Origin: a virus
Virus record (IMG/VR): IMGVR_UViG_3300029319_009044
Coordinates: 106,909 to 170,908 of that record
Direction: 5' to 3' (one strand)
DNA length: 64,000 nucleotides
How positions within the stretch are numbered: the stretch's first letter is position 1; every line of letters starts with the position of its first letter. A program made the position numbers and the translations under genes. The notes under the pieces are model-generated. The model was not told the DNA's origin. It did no database searches and saw only the letters and a program-made list of their open reading frames with translations. Of this stretch, positions 19,601-30,304 are shown piece by piece.

Positions 19601-22600
19601 GTCAATGTTACCTTTAAATACTGTAGCTGTTACAGTACCTGATGATGGATTATAAGTAAAGTCTCCATCAGCTTCAAGACCTCTGTTAGCGGTACCACCC
19701 GCAGCGTTCTCTACGAAAGCAATTTGATTTTCTTCGTTAGTGCTTTCATTATCAGTAATACATACATGAGCTGCGTTAGTTGCATTAGTTGCATTAGTAA
19801 CAGTTGTACCTTCAATAACAGATGCTAAAGTAGCGCCTCCAACTGTTATTGCATCAGCTTCAAGAGTGCCATCAAAATCCCCATCAACGGCATCTATATT
19901 ACCTTTGAAAATAGTAGCTGTTACGGTTCCAGTAGAAGGATTATAATGAAAATCACCATCTGATTCTAAAGCAACATTACCGGTTGAACCAGCATCAGCA
20001 ATGAAAGGTATTAAGTCATTTTCATCTGTACTTTCATTATCAGCTATATTTAAGTTGCAAGAGTTAGTAGCATTTTGAGCATTAGTTACAGTAACTCCAG
20101 CAATAACCGTATTAAGTGCTGTACCACCTACTGTTATTGCATCCGCTTCTAATGTACCGTCGATGTCTGCGTTACCGGCGACACATAACCCAGCAGCGCC
20201 CCCGAGTATTAAGTCATCTGCTGAAGCATCCCATAACATATATGCGCTAGCTGTATCACCAAAGAACTTAACGTCGTAGCCTGTATCGTCAGCACCTACA
20301 TTAATAGTATTATCTATTTGTACAGCACCGTCGATATCAACTGCATCAAGATTAGTTGTACCGTCGACGTCTATATTACCAGGCAGAGTTAAATTACCAC
20401 CCTGAGACAAAGTCATAGCAGTTGCTAGACTACCTCCACTACCATTACCATGCATCCATTTCCACGTAGCATTGGTGTCAGATGTATTACTATCCCACTG
20501 TAGAAACCTTGTTTCCATTGAACCACTAGTTTCATCTTGCCTATGTATTATGTTTGCGCATCTATCATTAACAACAACACCGTAATATTGATTTGTACCT
20601 CTACCAACTTTTAATTGAGGCTGTGAAGATTGTTCAGCCGCATTAGTGTAAACTTCAAGACCTACACTTTCGTCTGTATGAACGATTTTAAGTTTTGCTT
20701 CACTAGTATCCCATTGCATGTATTCTCCAGAAGCATCGCCAAAGAATTTTACATCGTATCCTGTACCATCAGAACCTACGCATAAAGTACCATCTACTTG
20801 AACATTACCGTCGATATCAACTGCATCAAGATTAGTAGTACCATCAACATCTAAATCTGTTCCAACATATAATTTTTTAGCTATTCCTACTCCACCTAGG
20901 AAACGAGCTGCTCCTGTAGATGAACTTGATGCATCAGTAGTATTACAGCTGCAAAATAAACTAGTATTTATGATGAGATTATCATTAACGGTAATATCGT
21001 CAAAATGACCATGTTTCCATCTGACACTGTTAGTACCTAAATCTACATCACTATCAGTTTGAGGACCAAAAACACCATCAGCAACATAAACTTGTTCAGC
21101 GTTAGCAGCATAAAAATGTATTTCATCAGCTGTCTCAAAATCTATTTTTGTTTGATCATCTTCACCTATCTTAAGATCAGTAGCTAAAATAGAAGTAATA
21201 CCAGTTTGAGCTGCATCAACAGCTATAGTACCAGAGTTAGTTATAGTACCACCATTTAATCCTGTACCAGTACCTATACTTGTTACTGTACCTTCACAAC
21301 AAGCACCCGGTATACTACCTAAGCCATCAAGCAAGTTAAGTTCTGCAGCAGTTGTTGTAACAGCAGTTCCTCCTATTTTTAGTTTGTCTTTTACTATGTC
21401 AACAAAAGCACCGCCCGCTGTTTTAAGAGTATCTTCAGATTGATCCCATTGTAAATATGCACTAGCAGTATCACCATAAAAAATTACATCATGACCCGTT
21501 CCATCTACACCAACTGTTACATCTCTTTTAAATAAATTAGTTTCAGCACTACTATCTATTCTATAATATTCATGAACAGTCCCGCTACTATTTTCAGCGC
21601 AAAAAGCTATATCATCACCATGATCATATTGGTAAAAAATAATATTACCACCATGACTTTCAACACGATTACTAGTACCATTATGAAAAATTCTAAAATT
21701 ATCACCATCACCTAATCTCAACTGACAACTAGTTGCTACGTTTAAAGCACCACTAGCGGTAGTTGAACCTATATTTACAGGGCATAAAAATACATTATTA
21801 CCGTCAGATCTTAAACATACTTTATTATTACCACCACTATCATTAATAATAAATTGTCCATGGTTACTACTCCTTTGCATAGTAACTACCTGAATACCAG
21901 AAGTATTCAAAGTTGTTATTTCACCCTTAACGGAAAGTTCTTGAGGAGGTGTAGTAGTACCTATACCTACTGTACCTGCAAAATAATTTATACTATCAGC
22001 ACATGTAGCACTTAATCCTCTATTACTACTACCTTGAATTATAGCAGATCCAGCAACATCGAGTTTTGTATCAGCCGTGGGTGTTGTTGTACCTATACCA
22101 ACATCTCCATCTGAACATACACGAATTTTTTCTGCACCTTCTGTACCAAAAGTTAAAGCATCATCCGCGTGACGATATCTAACCCAACCGCGATATGGTT
22201 CACTACCAGATGTACCATCAGCAAAATATAAATTACCATCTTGTGAAGTACCTGAAGCTATAGTAATACCAGCATGGCCGGTCCTTTTAATAACTAAATC
22301 ATCAGCATTTGCATTATAATCTGTAGGTGAATATGTACCTATACCTACTCTTCCATTATCATCAAATACTATATCATCACCATCAAAATCTATAAAATGA
22401 GCTATTGGCTGTGAACCATCTTGCTTTACAGTTAACGCGGGTCCGGTACCAGCATTAACTACTGATAAAGCTGAAGTTGTTGAAATATGAGTATCTATAA
22501 AGGTTTGATCACCATGAACACTAAGATTTCCCATTATAGTAGTATTGTCTGATATATAAACTGATCCAGCAACATGTAAAGATGATACAGGATCACTAGT

Positions 22601-23500
22601 GCTTATTCCAACCTTTCCATTTGGACATATAGAAATTTGATTTTGATTGTTTGTTTGTATATGAAAAGTATCTGCGCCTTGTGTTCCTACATAACCATCA
22701 GTAAGTGCCTTTATATTAACTGTTGAACCACTACCTTCAGCTCTCATTTCTACACCATTAGAGGTGTCTTTTACGTGTAAAGCCTTTCTACTACCAGTTG
22801 TAGGCTTTGGAACATTAGTACCAATACCAACGTTACCATCAAAGTAATTAGGATCAGAACCAGCAGCACTTAAACTTCCACTAGCGCTAATGTTACCATC
22901 TACAGTTAGTTTTTCAGCTGGTGATGATGTTCCTATACCTACATTATCTCCATTAGAAGCATTAAGAAGTGTATCACCATCAGCCTTTAAAGTAATTTCA
23001 GCACCCCCAGTACCTTGGTATGTAATAAAAAAATCAGAATCATTACCACCATCAGCGTGATAAAAATTAACATTATCACTACCACCGCTTCCATTATCAA
23101 TACGCAACCCCCCTGTACTTCCATGACCTTGTATGTGAAATTTTGCGCTCGGGGTACTTGTACCTATACCAACATTCTGACTAGTATCAATAGTCATAGC
23201 TGTTGTATCAGCAGTCTCAAAAGATAAATTTTTACTAGCTATTGTGCCAACCTCTAAACCGTTAGCATTATTATATCTAATAAGAGAGCTATTGCTCGCT
23301 TGACTTAATCTTATAGCAGCACCGTTAGTGTCGCTATTAATATGTAATGTAGTTTTAGAGCCGTTTGCAGAGGGAACATTAGTACCAATACCAACGTTAC
23401 AAGCAAAATAATTGGGATCACCACCATTTCCATTGGCACTTAAAGAACCAGCAGCACTTATTCCAGCTGTAGAAGTAATCTTTACACAATTGTTAGCCAT
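16649..23500 (-). CDS. Giant repeat-rich tail fibre / adhesin protein (2283 aa)
   Basis: Multiple NVGIGT..P repeats, DVDGTTNLDAVDIDG repeats, C-terminal T.TIP.N.SVAFPVG...W...GDL fibre domain. Confidence 0.8.
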   Translation of the reverse strand: MANNCVKITSTAGISAAGSLSANGNGGDPNYFACNVGIGTNVPSANGSKTTLHINSDTNGAAIRLSQASNSSLIRYNNANGLEVGTIASKNLSFETADTTAMTIDTSQNVGIGTSTPSAKFHIQGHGSTGGLRIDNGSGGSDNVNFYHADGGNDSDFFITYQGTGGAEITLKADGDTLLNASNGDNVGIGTSSPAEKLTVDGNISASGSLSAAGSDPNYFDGNVGIGTNVPKPTTGSRKALHVKDTSNGVEMRAEGSGSTVNIKALTDGYVGTQGADTFHIQTNNQNQISICPNGKVGISTSDPVSSLHVAGSVYISDNTTIMGNLSVHGDQTFIDTHISTTSALSVVNAGTGPALTVKQDGSQPIAHFIDFDGDDIVFDDNGRVGIGTYSPTDYNANADDLVIKRTGHAGITIASGTSQDGNLYFADGTSGSEPYRGWVRYRHADDALTFGTEGAEKIRVCSDGDVGIGTTTPTADTKLDVAGSAIIQGSSNRGLSATCADSINYFAGTVGIGTTTPPQELSVKGEITTLNTSGIQVVTMQRSSNHGQFIINDSGGNNKVCLRSDGNNVFLCPVNIGSTTASGALNVATSCQLRLGDGDNFRIFHNGTSNRVESHGGNIIFYQYDHGDDIAFCAENSSGTVHEYYRIDSSAETNLFKRDVTVGVDGTGHDVIFYGDTASAYLQWDQSEDTLKTAGGAFVDIVKDKLKIGGTAVTTTAAELNLLDGLGSIPGACCEGTVTSIGTGTGLNGGTITNSGTIAVDAAQTGITSILATDLKIGEDDQTKIDFETADEIHFYAANAEQVYVADGVFGPQTDSDVDLGTNSVRWKHGHFDDITVNDNLIINTSLFCSCNTTDASSSSTGAARFLGGVGIAKKLYVGTDLDVDGTTNLDAVDIDGNVQVDGTLCVGSDGTGYDVKFFGDASGEYMQWDTSEAKLKIVHTDESVGLEVYTNAAEQSSQPQLKVGRGTNQYYGVVVNDRCANIIHRQDETSGSMETRFLQWDSNTSDTNATWKWMHGNGSGGSLATAMTLSQGGNLTLPGNIDVDGTTNLDAVDIDGAVQIDNTINVGADDTGYDVKFFGDTASAYMLWDASADDLILGGAAGLCVAGNADIDGTLEADAITVGGTALNTVIAGVTVTNAQNATNSCNLNIADNESTDENDLIPFIADAGSTGNVALESDGDFHYNPSTGTVTATIFKGNIDAVDGDFDGTLEADAITVGGATLASVIEGTTVTNATNATNAAHVCITDNESTNEENQIAFVENAAGGTANRGLEADGDFTYNPSSGTVTATVFKGNIDAVDGDFDGTLEADAITVGGTALNTVIAGVTVTNAQNATNSCKLNIADNESTDENDLIPFIADAGSTGNVALESDGDFHYNPSTGTVTATVFSGNFSGCITQASQTNITSLGTLTTLTVDDITINDSTISDAGDLTIDAGGDIILDADGTDIILKDGGTEFGSFKRVSSDFVIKSATSNKDILFKGNDDGATITALTLDMSNAGMACFNNTIHTGGNICIENGGPKLCLIDSTDDDDHSIQFVNNTGAVDYEIRTTDPTSGGGADGFYIGSCQSDGEVVIFTNDTHALTLSPTQKATFADEVCMGNSKLVLNGTAVDATAAELNLLDGKSSLVTCVGGGDGLTGSVTSSGNLAVGAGTGITVNANDVAVTAAQTGITSILATDLKIGEDDQTKIDFETADEIHFYAANAEQVYVSDGVFGPETDSDVDLGTSSARWKSGHLDNITVVSNSTLNDVSVGNLDVETGLFCVCTATDASSSSTGAARFLGGVGIAKKLYVGTDLDVDGTTNLDAVDIDGNVQLDGTLTVGVNDTGYDVKFYGATADRFLRWVQSEDRLKLTDNTRLSLGGGNDLQLYHDGSHSYIKDIGDGGLYLQTDGPAIYLQDTDGNAMAQFTDGGSSFLMHNGSTMLNTDASGTVVTGRLCVTGGNTSLQLNPAGSGNCTILTGCNCSVTDSGVLRIGIPSGGGAFSNGAALGDVVIRNETTSGDLILTSVSGEVHLGSGGTDGDTQLKITDGAILPVADDSIDLGSSSNEFKDAYFDGTVTADGLSVVADATITGSLVVDDMTFNGSNITDAGDFYIDVGGDINLDAAGNNICLLADGTNFADLFKSSDHFFLKNPILNGDIKFQVNDGGSGITALTIDGSDAGTATFNNNVCVTGMVRQAVGISCNTADYTLALADHGKLVEMNKSSAVCVTIPPNSSVAFPVGAEVTLFQGGAGQVTILAGSGVTARSADNELKTRVQYSTAVLTKIATDEWLIAGDLTA
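19335..20149. repeat. Near-identical 236-bp direct repeat (19335-19570 and 19914-20149) within fibre gene 1
   Basis: Compared by eye; only a few mismatches. Confidence 0.85.
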
Positions 23501-23521
23501 TTATTATATTTAATCTTAAGT

Positions 23522-26500
23522 TTACATCTTGCGAACCATCGCTTTTACTATGTGAGATTCACCATTACCACTTTCTAATGCTTGTGCGATAATAGTTCCA
23601 TGAATTGTATTTGTAGATCGTTCACCATGTCCAGGTTTATTAGACGTGGTTATATAATCCCCTATCTTAATTTCTCCAGTTACTAACACAGGCTCAGCTC
23701 CTAGAACTATTGGCTGTTTAGCGCCTTTTTGTGTTACACCAAATACATTCTTATCATTTCTCTTAGTAGAAAGTATTAATTTACCATCTTTTCCTATTAC
23801 TACTAAAGAACCGGTTTCATACTCTGCTAATTCATCATTAGCTGCTTTTTCCTCAAAGTATCCTCCAGCTATAACACAATCAAAATAACCATTTCCTGAA
23901 GCACATACATCACCAGTAACACATACACCACCAGTTGTAGTCTGTATTTTTACAGAGTTGTTATAGTAAAGATTTACTGCGCCAGCTCCACCTGCAGTAA
24001 TCATATCTTGTCCATCTTTATCTTCTATCTGTACAGTGTTACCTGATCCTGGTCTTATATATAAACTACCAGCTCCACCTTCAGCAGTTATAAAATTGTG
24101 ACCACCACTATGGTAAATTTGTAAATCGTCATCATCTCCAATTTTCAAATGAGTATTATCAGTCAAACATAAAGCATTTTCGCTTTCATCCCACTTCAAG
24201 AACCTATCAGCTGTTGCTCCAAAAAATTGAACGTCATAACCTGTATCATTAACACCAACAGTTAGGGTACCATCTAATTGTACATTACCATCGATATCAA
24301 CTGCATCAAGATTAGCTGTACCGTTAACGTCTAAATCAGTTCCAACATATAATTTTTTAGCTATTCCTACACCACCTAAAATTTGAACGGCTCCTGTAGA
24401 TGAGCTAGATGCATCAGTTGCAGTACATACACATAGATTTCCAATCTCTACATCTAAGTTTCCAACTGATACATCATTCAAAGTTGCATCACTACCAACA
24501 GTAATATTGTCTAAGAACCCACTTTTCCATCTAACTGAACTCGATCCTAAATCAACATCACTATCTGTTTGCGGTCCAAAGATACCATCAGCAACATAGA
24601 CTTGTTCGGCGTTAGCAGCATAAAAATGTATTTCATCAGCTGTCTCGAAGTCAATCTTAGTTTCGTCATCTTCACCTATCTTAAGATCAGTTGCAAGAAT
24701 AGACGTAATGCCAGTCTGAGCTGCATCAACATTTAAAGTAACTGTTCCTGATGTACCTCCGCCATTTAAACCTGTACCGGCTGTTACACCTTCAATATCA
24801 CCTGTAGTTGGTGTATGCCAACAGATTCCACTACCAGTAGAAGCTAATACTTGACCGCTACTACCTTGGGACCCAGCAATAGTTAAATTATCTAATTCAA
24901 CTGTACCATCAAAGAAAGCATTATTAAATTCTAAAGCATCTGTACCTAAATCTACAATAGCATTTGAACCTGGTGTTAAAAACCCATCAGTTAATATTAA
25001 TTGCTTTTCGTCTCCAGCATAAAAGTTTATTGTATCTGCTGTCTCGAAGTCAATCTTAGTTTCATCATCTTCTCCTATTTTAATATCAGTTGCAAGAATT
25101 GATGTTATGCCTGTTTGAGCTGCAGCTACTGCTAAGTTTCCAGCTGAAGTAACAGCTCCCGTTAACCCAGTACCAGCTCCAACACATGTTACAGTACCAA
25201 GACAATCTGTAGCAGCATTAATTTGAGCAGCTGTTCTTGTAACAAGAGTAGATCCTATGGTTAATTTACTTTCTGGTAGAGTTAGACCAGCGGCACCTCC
25301 AAGTATTAAATCGTCTTCTGAAGCATCCCATAACATATATGCACTAGCCGTATCACCAAAGAACTTAACATCGTAGCCTGTATCATCAACACCAACAGTT
25401 AATGTACCATCTAATTGTACATTACCATCGATATCAACTGCATCAAGATTAGCTGTACCGTTAACGTCTAAAGTAGTTAAAGTACCTAAAGATGTTATAT
25501 TGGTTTGAGCTGCAGTTTGTAGAGTACCTGCTAGTTGTGTTGCTGTTACTCTTCCAGTAGAAGGATTATAATGCAAATGGCCATCCGATTCCAAAGCAAC
25601 ATTACCAGTTGAGCCGGCATCAGCAATGAAAGGTATTAAGTTATCTTCATTAGTATCTTCGTTATCAGCTATATTTAACTTACATGAGTTAGTAGCATTC
25701 TGTGCTGTGGTTACAGTTGTTCCTTGAATAACAGATGCTAAAGTAGCCCCTCCAACTGTTATTGCATCAGCTTCAAGAGTACCGTCGATGTCTGCATCAC
25801 CGGATACGCATAACCCTGCGGCGCCCCCGAGTATTAAGTCATCTGCTGAAGCATCCCATAACATATATGCGCTAGCTGTATCACCAAAGAACTTAACATC
25901 ATAACCTGTATCGTCTACACCAACAGTAACAGTACCATCTATCTGAGTAGTACCATCTATATCAACTGCATCTAAATTAGTAGTACCGTCGATATCAACA
26001 TTACCTGATATCTCTAACTCCGTTGCAATAACCTTATTGTTAAATGTAGCAGCTCCCGCCTCAGACATGTCAAGAGTGAGGGCTGCAATAGCTGAACCAT
26101 TATCAGAACCACAAAATTTAATATCTTTATCATCGATTAAACTTTGTATTAAAAAATTATCACTTCCATCTTTTCTTAATTTACCAAAAGCTGTACCATC
26201 TACTAATAAACAAACATCGTTTCCTGCTGCATCGAGTTTAATATCACCTCCGGAGTCTAATATCATAGTACCACCATCTGATATAGTTGAACTATTAATA
26301 GTAATACCACCAGCAACTATTTTATCAACGTAAGCATCTTTCCATCTAACTAAATTTGTACCTAAATCAACATCGCTATCAGATTGTGGACCAAATATAT
26401 TATCGCCTAGATATACCTGTTCTGTATTATTAGCATAAAAATGTATTTCATCAGCTGTCTCGAAGTCAATCTTAGTTTCATCATCTTCACCTATCTTAAG

Positions 26501-29500
26501 ATCAGTTGCAAGAATTGATGTTATACCTGTTTGAGCTGCATCTACACTTAATGAAGGTGTTGTACCACCCGTTGAAGTTAGTCCTGTACCACCAGCTACA
26601 CTTGTTACTGTACCAAGACAATCTGTAGCAGCATTAATTTGAGCAGCTGTTCTTGTAACAGAAGTGCCCCCTATATGTAAACAGTTTTGAGGAATACATA
26701 ATTTAGCTGCTTCTAAGCATAGATGGTCGTTACCATCATTTGCACACCAACACATATAAACTCCTGAACAAAGACCAAATAATTTTACGTTTTTGCCTTG
26801 AGTATTACAACCAACAGTTAATGTACCATCTAGTTGTACATTACCATCTATATCAACTGCATCTAAATTAGTAGTGCCATCTACATCTACATTACCAGCT
26901 ACGCATAACCCAGCTGCTCCACCAAGTATTAAGTCATCTACTGAAGCATCCCATAACATATATGCGCTAGCTGTATCACCAAAGAATTTTACATCATAAC
27001 CTGTATCGTCTACACCAACAGTTAGAGTACCATCTAGTTGTGAAGCGCCATCAATATCTAAAGAGTCACCTTTAACCTCACCAGTTACATCAATACCAGT
27101 GTTTGTTGTTTCTAACTTCTTAGAGTTGTTAAAATATAAATCAACAGAGTCTCCTTTATTAAGAACAGCCATATTATGGCTATTGTTATATCCTTGAATT
27201 TTTACCTGATCGTTCGCTCTTAAAATAAGATCGCCAGTATCTGTGTCATCAATATAACTATTACTACCATCATGATAAATTTGTAAGTCACCATCATCTC
27301 CTATTTTTAACGGAGTGCTATCAGTTAAACATAATGCATCTTCACTTTCGTCCCACATCATGAAGCTACCAGCTGTTGCTCCAAAGAACTTAACATCATA
27401 TCCCGTGTCATCTACACCAACAGTAACAGTACTATCTATTTGTACAGCACCGTCTATATCAACTGCATCAAGATTAGTAGTACCATTAATATCAGCATCG
27501 CCTTCTATATCAAGCGAAGCAGCATCTAATTCACCAGTTAGAGTTATATTTCTAAAACCTGTTATATCTTTATTTGTATCAACAATAACTGCTTTATTAG
27601 CAGCAACTATGCCATCGGTTATAGAGTTAATTTGATTAAGCTCTGCAGCAGTAGAATCAACTGGAGTACTATTCAGAACTAATTTAGAGTCTCCTATACA
27701 AACTTTATTATTGAAAGTAGCAGTACCAGCATCAGACATATTAAACGTAAGAGCAACTGTTTGTACACCACCATCATTTCCGCAGATAATTAAATTTTGA
27801 TCACTAATTTTACTTTCTACTACAAAATTACTACTATTATTTCTTAATCTTCCAAACTCTGTACCACCGTCTTTTAAACAAATATCACCGCCATTAGCAT
27901 CAAGTACGAGATCTGCTTCAGCGTCTATTATTAGTGTACCACCATCTGATATAGTTGAACTATTAATAGTAATATCACCAGCAACTATTTTATCAACGTA
28001 AGTATCTTTCCATCTAACACCGCTAGTCCCTAAATCTACATCACTATCAGTTCGAGGACCAAAGATACCATCAGCAACATAAACTTGTTCAGCATTAGCA
28101 GCGTAGAAGTGAATCTCATCAGCTGTCTCAAAATCAATCTTAGTTTCGTCATCTTCTCCAATTTTAATATCAGTAGCTAGTAAAGATGTAATAACTGTTT
28201 GAGCAGCATCTACATTTAAAGTAACAGCTCCTGATGTACCGCCACCATTTAAACCCGTACCTGCTGTTACACCTGTAATATCACCTGTAGTTGGAGTATG
28301 CCAACAGATTCCGCTACCAGTAGAAGCTAATACTTGACCGTTAGCACCTTGAGAACCACAAATTTTTATATTATCTAATTTAACTGTACCATCAAAGAAA
28401 GCATTATTAAACTCTAAAGCATCTGTTCCTAAATCTACTGCAGCATTCGAACCCGGTGTTAAAAACCCATCAGTTAATATTAATTGCTTTTCATTATCGG
28501 TATAAAAGTTTATGGTATTTGTATCTTCAAAATCAATCTTAGTTTCATCATCTTCTCCTATTTTAATATCAGTAGCTAAAATAGAAGTAATACCTGTTTG
28601 AGCAGCAGCTACGGCTAAGTTTCCAGCTGAAGTAACGGCTCCTGTTAATCCAGTACCAGCTCCAACACATGTTACAGTACCTAAGCAATCTGTTGCAGCA
28701 TTAATTTCTCCGCCTGTTTTTGTAACAAGAGTAGATCCTATGGTTAATTTACTTTCTGGTAGAGTTAGACCAGCGGCACCTCCAAGTACTAAATCATCAG
28801 TAGATGCATCCCATAACATATATGCGCTAGCAGTATCACCAAAGAACTTAACGTCGTATCCTGTATCATCAACGCCAACTGTAACTGTATTGTCTATTTG
28901 TACAGCACCGTCTATATCAACAGCATCGAGATTAGCTGTACCATCTACATCAAGATCAGTTCCAACATATAATTTTTTAGCTATTCCTACACCACCTAAA
29001 ATTTGAACGGCTCCTGTAGATGAACTTGATGCATCAGTTGCAGTGCAAACACATAGATTTCCAATCTCTACATCTAAGTTTCCAACTGATACATCATTCA
29101 AAGTTGCATCACTACCAACAGTAATATTGTCTAAGAATCCACTTTTCCATCTAACTCCAGTTGTACCTAAATCTACATCACTATCTGTTTGAGGACCAAA
29201 AACACCATCAGAAACATGAACTTGTTCTGTATTGTTTATATTAAAAAATAAACATTGACCGGATTTTGCGTTTAAGCCAGTTGCTCCACTTGCATTCTGT
29301 TTAACAGCATAATTTGTTGAAGTACCATTATCAAAATGAGAAAAATAGGCATTGTCACCTACATAATTACCAATTCTTGACTGACCTATAACAGCATTTG
29401 TTGGGTTATCAGCATTTACACATAAATTATTTCCTGAATAAAGAACACCGCTAGCACTTATATTACCAACAACTGAGATTTTTTCACCGGGGGTGAATGT

Positions 29501-30304
29501 GCCTACTCCAAGCTTACCATCATCTGCAAAAATTATATCTCCTCCATTTTTATCTATAAAATGAGCAATAGGTTGTGTACCGTCTTGACGAACAAATAAT
29601 GCAGGACCGGTACCTGTATTAACTACAGATAGAGCTGATGTAACACTAACGTTAGTATCAATATAATGCATGTCTCCATGCACGCTTAGATTACCTAATA
29701 TTGTACTATCACCGTCAATATTTAAATTACATCTAGCACTTAAATTACCATTTACTTCAATAGTAGTACCGAGTTCACTTATGAGACTATCGCCTATACA
29801 AGATGAAGCGGTAAACTTAGGTATTTTATTTATAGTACCAGCTCCACCTACTCCACCTGCCGCTCCACCTGCGCCAAATATGTCTAAAAGATCTGTACCA
29901 CCAGAAATAAAAGAAGAAGCAGCAAAAATTGAATTAGCACTTAAGTTACTTCCCGCACTTATAAATCCTGTAACCGTTAAATTACCTTCAATATCATTTA
30001 CACTACCACCACTTCCAGTATTTTCTACAAATTTAACTCCACCTTGCCCATCAGCTGCTAATATTAACCCTTCAGATATATTAGTAGTTTTTAAATCAAT
30101 ACTTTCTACTACTACTTGATCACTACTTAATGGCTCACCTCTCCATTTACCTAGATAACTTCCAGAAGATATACCTGTACCAAATATAGTATTAGAAGAA
30201 CTAATACCTCCTGCTACAGTAAGTTGTTGCTCGGGTTTAGTCCCTATTCCTATTTTACCAAGGAATACGTTATTTTGACCTTCAAATGTTCTAATGAGCC
30301 CCAT
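23522..30304 (-). CDS. Giant repeat-rich tail fibre protein (2260 aa), paralogous to 16649-23500
   Basis: Shares KIGEDD.TKIDFETADEIHFYA, TGYDVKFFGDTASAYMLWDAS, GGVGIAKKLYVG modules; C-terminal G.I.IGD.ITTS..PG domain. Confidence 0.8.
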   Translation of the reverse strand: MGLIRTFEGQNNVFLGKIGIGTKPEQQLTVAGGISSSNTIFGTGISSGSYLGKWRGEPLSSDQVVVESIDLKTTNISEGLILAADGQGGVKFVENTGSGGSVNDIEGNLTVTGFISAGSNLSANSIFAASSFISGGTDLLDIFGAGGAAGGVGGAGTINKIPKFTASSCIGDSLISELGTTIEVNGNLSARCNLNIDGDSTILGNLSVHGDMHYIDTNVSVTSALSVVNTGTGPALFVRQDGTQPIAHFIDKNGGDIIFADDGKLGVGTFTPGEKISVVGNISASGVLYSGNNLCVNADNPTNAVIGQSRIGNYVGDNAYFSHFDNGTSTNYAVKQNASGATGLNAKSGQCLFFNINNTEQVHVSDGVFGPQTDSDVDLGTTGVRWKSGFLDNITVGSDATLNDVSVGNLDVEIGNLCVCTATDASSSSTGAVQILGGVGIAKKLYVGTDLDVDGTANLDAVDIDGAVQIDNTVTVGVDDTGYDVKFFGDTASAYMLWDASTDDLVLGGAAGLTLPESKLTIGSTLVTKTGGEINAATDCLGTVTCVGAGTGLTGAVTSAGNLAVAAAQTGITSILATDIKIGEDDETKIDFEDTNTINFYTDNEKQLILTDGFLTPGSNAAVDLGTDALEFNNAFFDGTVKLDNIKICGSQGANGQVLASTGSGICWHTPTTGDITGVTAGTGLNGGGTSGAVTLNVDAAQTVITSLLATDIKIGEDDETKIDFETADEIHFYAANAEQVYVADGIFGPRTDSDVDLGTSGVRWKDTYVDKIVAGDITINSSTISDGGTLIIDAEADLVLDANGGDICLKDGGTEFGRLRNNSSNFVVESKISDQNLIICGNDGGVQTVALTFNMSDAGTATFNNKVCIGDSKLVLNSTPVDSTAAELNQINSITDGIVAANKAVIVDTNKDITGFRNITLTGELDAASLDIEGDADINGTTNLDAVDIDGAVQIDSTVTVGVDDTGYDVKFFGATAGSFMMWDESEDALCLTDSTPLKIGDDGDLQIYHDGSNSYIDDTDTGDLILRANDQVKIQGYNNSHNMAVLNKGDSVDLYFNNSKKLETTNTGIDVTGEVKGDSLDIDGASQLDGTLTVGVDDTGYDVKFFGDTASAYMLWDASVDDLILGGAAGLCVAGNVDVDGTTNLDAVDIDGNVQLDGTLTVGCNTQGKNVKLFGLCSGVYMCWCANDGNDHLCLEAAKLCIPQNCLHIGGTSVTRTAAQINAATDCLGTVTSVAGGTGLTSTGGTTPSLSVDAAQTGITSILATDLKIGEDDETKIDFETADEIHFYANNTEQVYLGDNIFGPQSDSDVDLGTNLVRWKDAYVDKIVAGGITINSSTISDGGTMILDSGGDIKLDAAGNDVCLLVDGTAFGKLRKDGSDNFLIQSLIDDKDIKFCGSDNGSAIAALTLDMSEAGAATFNNKVIATELEISGNVDIDGTTNLDAVDIDGTTQIDGTVTVGVDDTGYDVKFFGDTASAYMLWDASADDLILGGAAGLCVSGDADIDGTLEADAITVGGATLASVIQGTTVTTAQNATNSCKLNIADNEDTNEDNLIPFIADAGSTGNVALESDGHLHYNPSTGRVTATQLAGTLQTAAQTNITSLGTLTTLDVNGTANLDAVDIDGNVQLDGTLTVGVDDTGYDVKFFGDTASAYMLWDASEDDLILGGAAGLTLPESKLTIGSTLVTRTAAQINAATDCLGTVTCVGAGTGLTGAVTSAGNLAVAAAQTGITSILATDIKIGEDDETKIDFETADTINFYAGDEKQLILTDGFLTPGSNAIVDLGTDALEFNNAFFDGTVELDNLTIAGSQGSSGQVLASTGSGICWHTPTTGDIEGVTAGTGLNGGGTSGTVTLNVDAAQTGITSILATDLKIGEDDETKIDFETADEIHFYAANAEQVYVADGIFGPQTDSDVDLGSSSVRWKSGFLDNITVGSDATLNDVSVGNLDVEIGNLCVCTATDASSSSTGAVQILGGVGIAKKLYVGTDLDVNGTANLDAVDIDGNVQLDGTLTVGVNDTGYDVQFFGATADRFLKWDESENALCLTDNTHLKIGDDDDLQIYHSGGHNFITAEGGAGSLYIRPGSGNTVQIEDKDGQDMITAGGAGAVNLYYNNSVKIQTTTGGVCVTGDVCASGNGYFDCVIAGGYFEEKAANDELAEYETGSLVVIGKDGKLILSTKRNDKNVFGVTQKGAKQPIVLGAEPVLVTGEIKIGDYITTSNKPGHGERSTNTIHGTIIAQALESGNGESHIVKAMVRKM
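24335..29156. repeat. ~200-bp direct repeat (24335-24536 and 28955-29156) and a longer ~600-700 bp diverged duplication (~24750-25400 vs ~28230-28880) in fibre gene 2
   Basis: Compared by eye; related copies also near 18105-18300 and 20855-20940 in fibre gene 1. Confidence 0.8.

Noticed and set aside
16521-30119. Plus-strand ORFs antisense to the fibre genes
   Set aside because: By-products of Gly/Thr/Asp codon repeats on the coding strand
16649-30304. Possible CRISPR array or DGR among the repeats
   Set aside because: Repeats are in-frame coding modules with no repeat-spacer periodicity; no reverse transcriptase and no obvious adenine-specific TR/VR pair in the window
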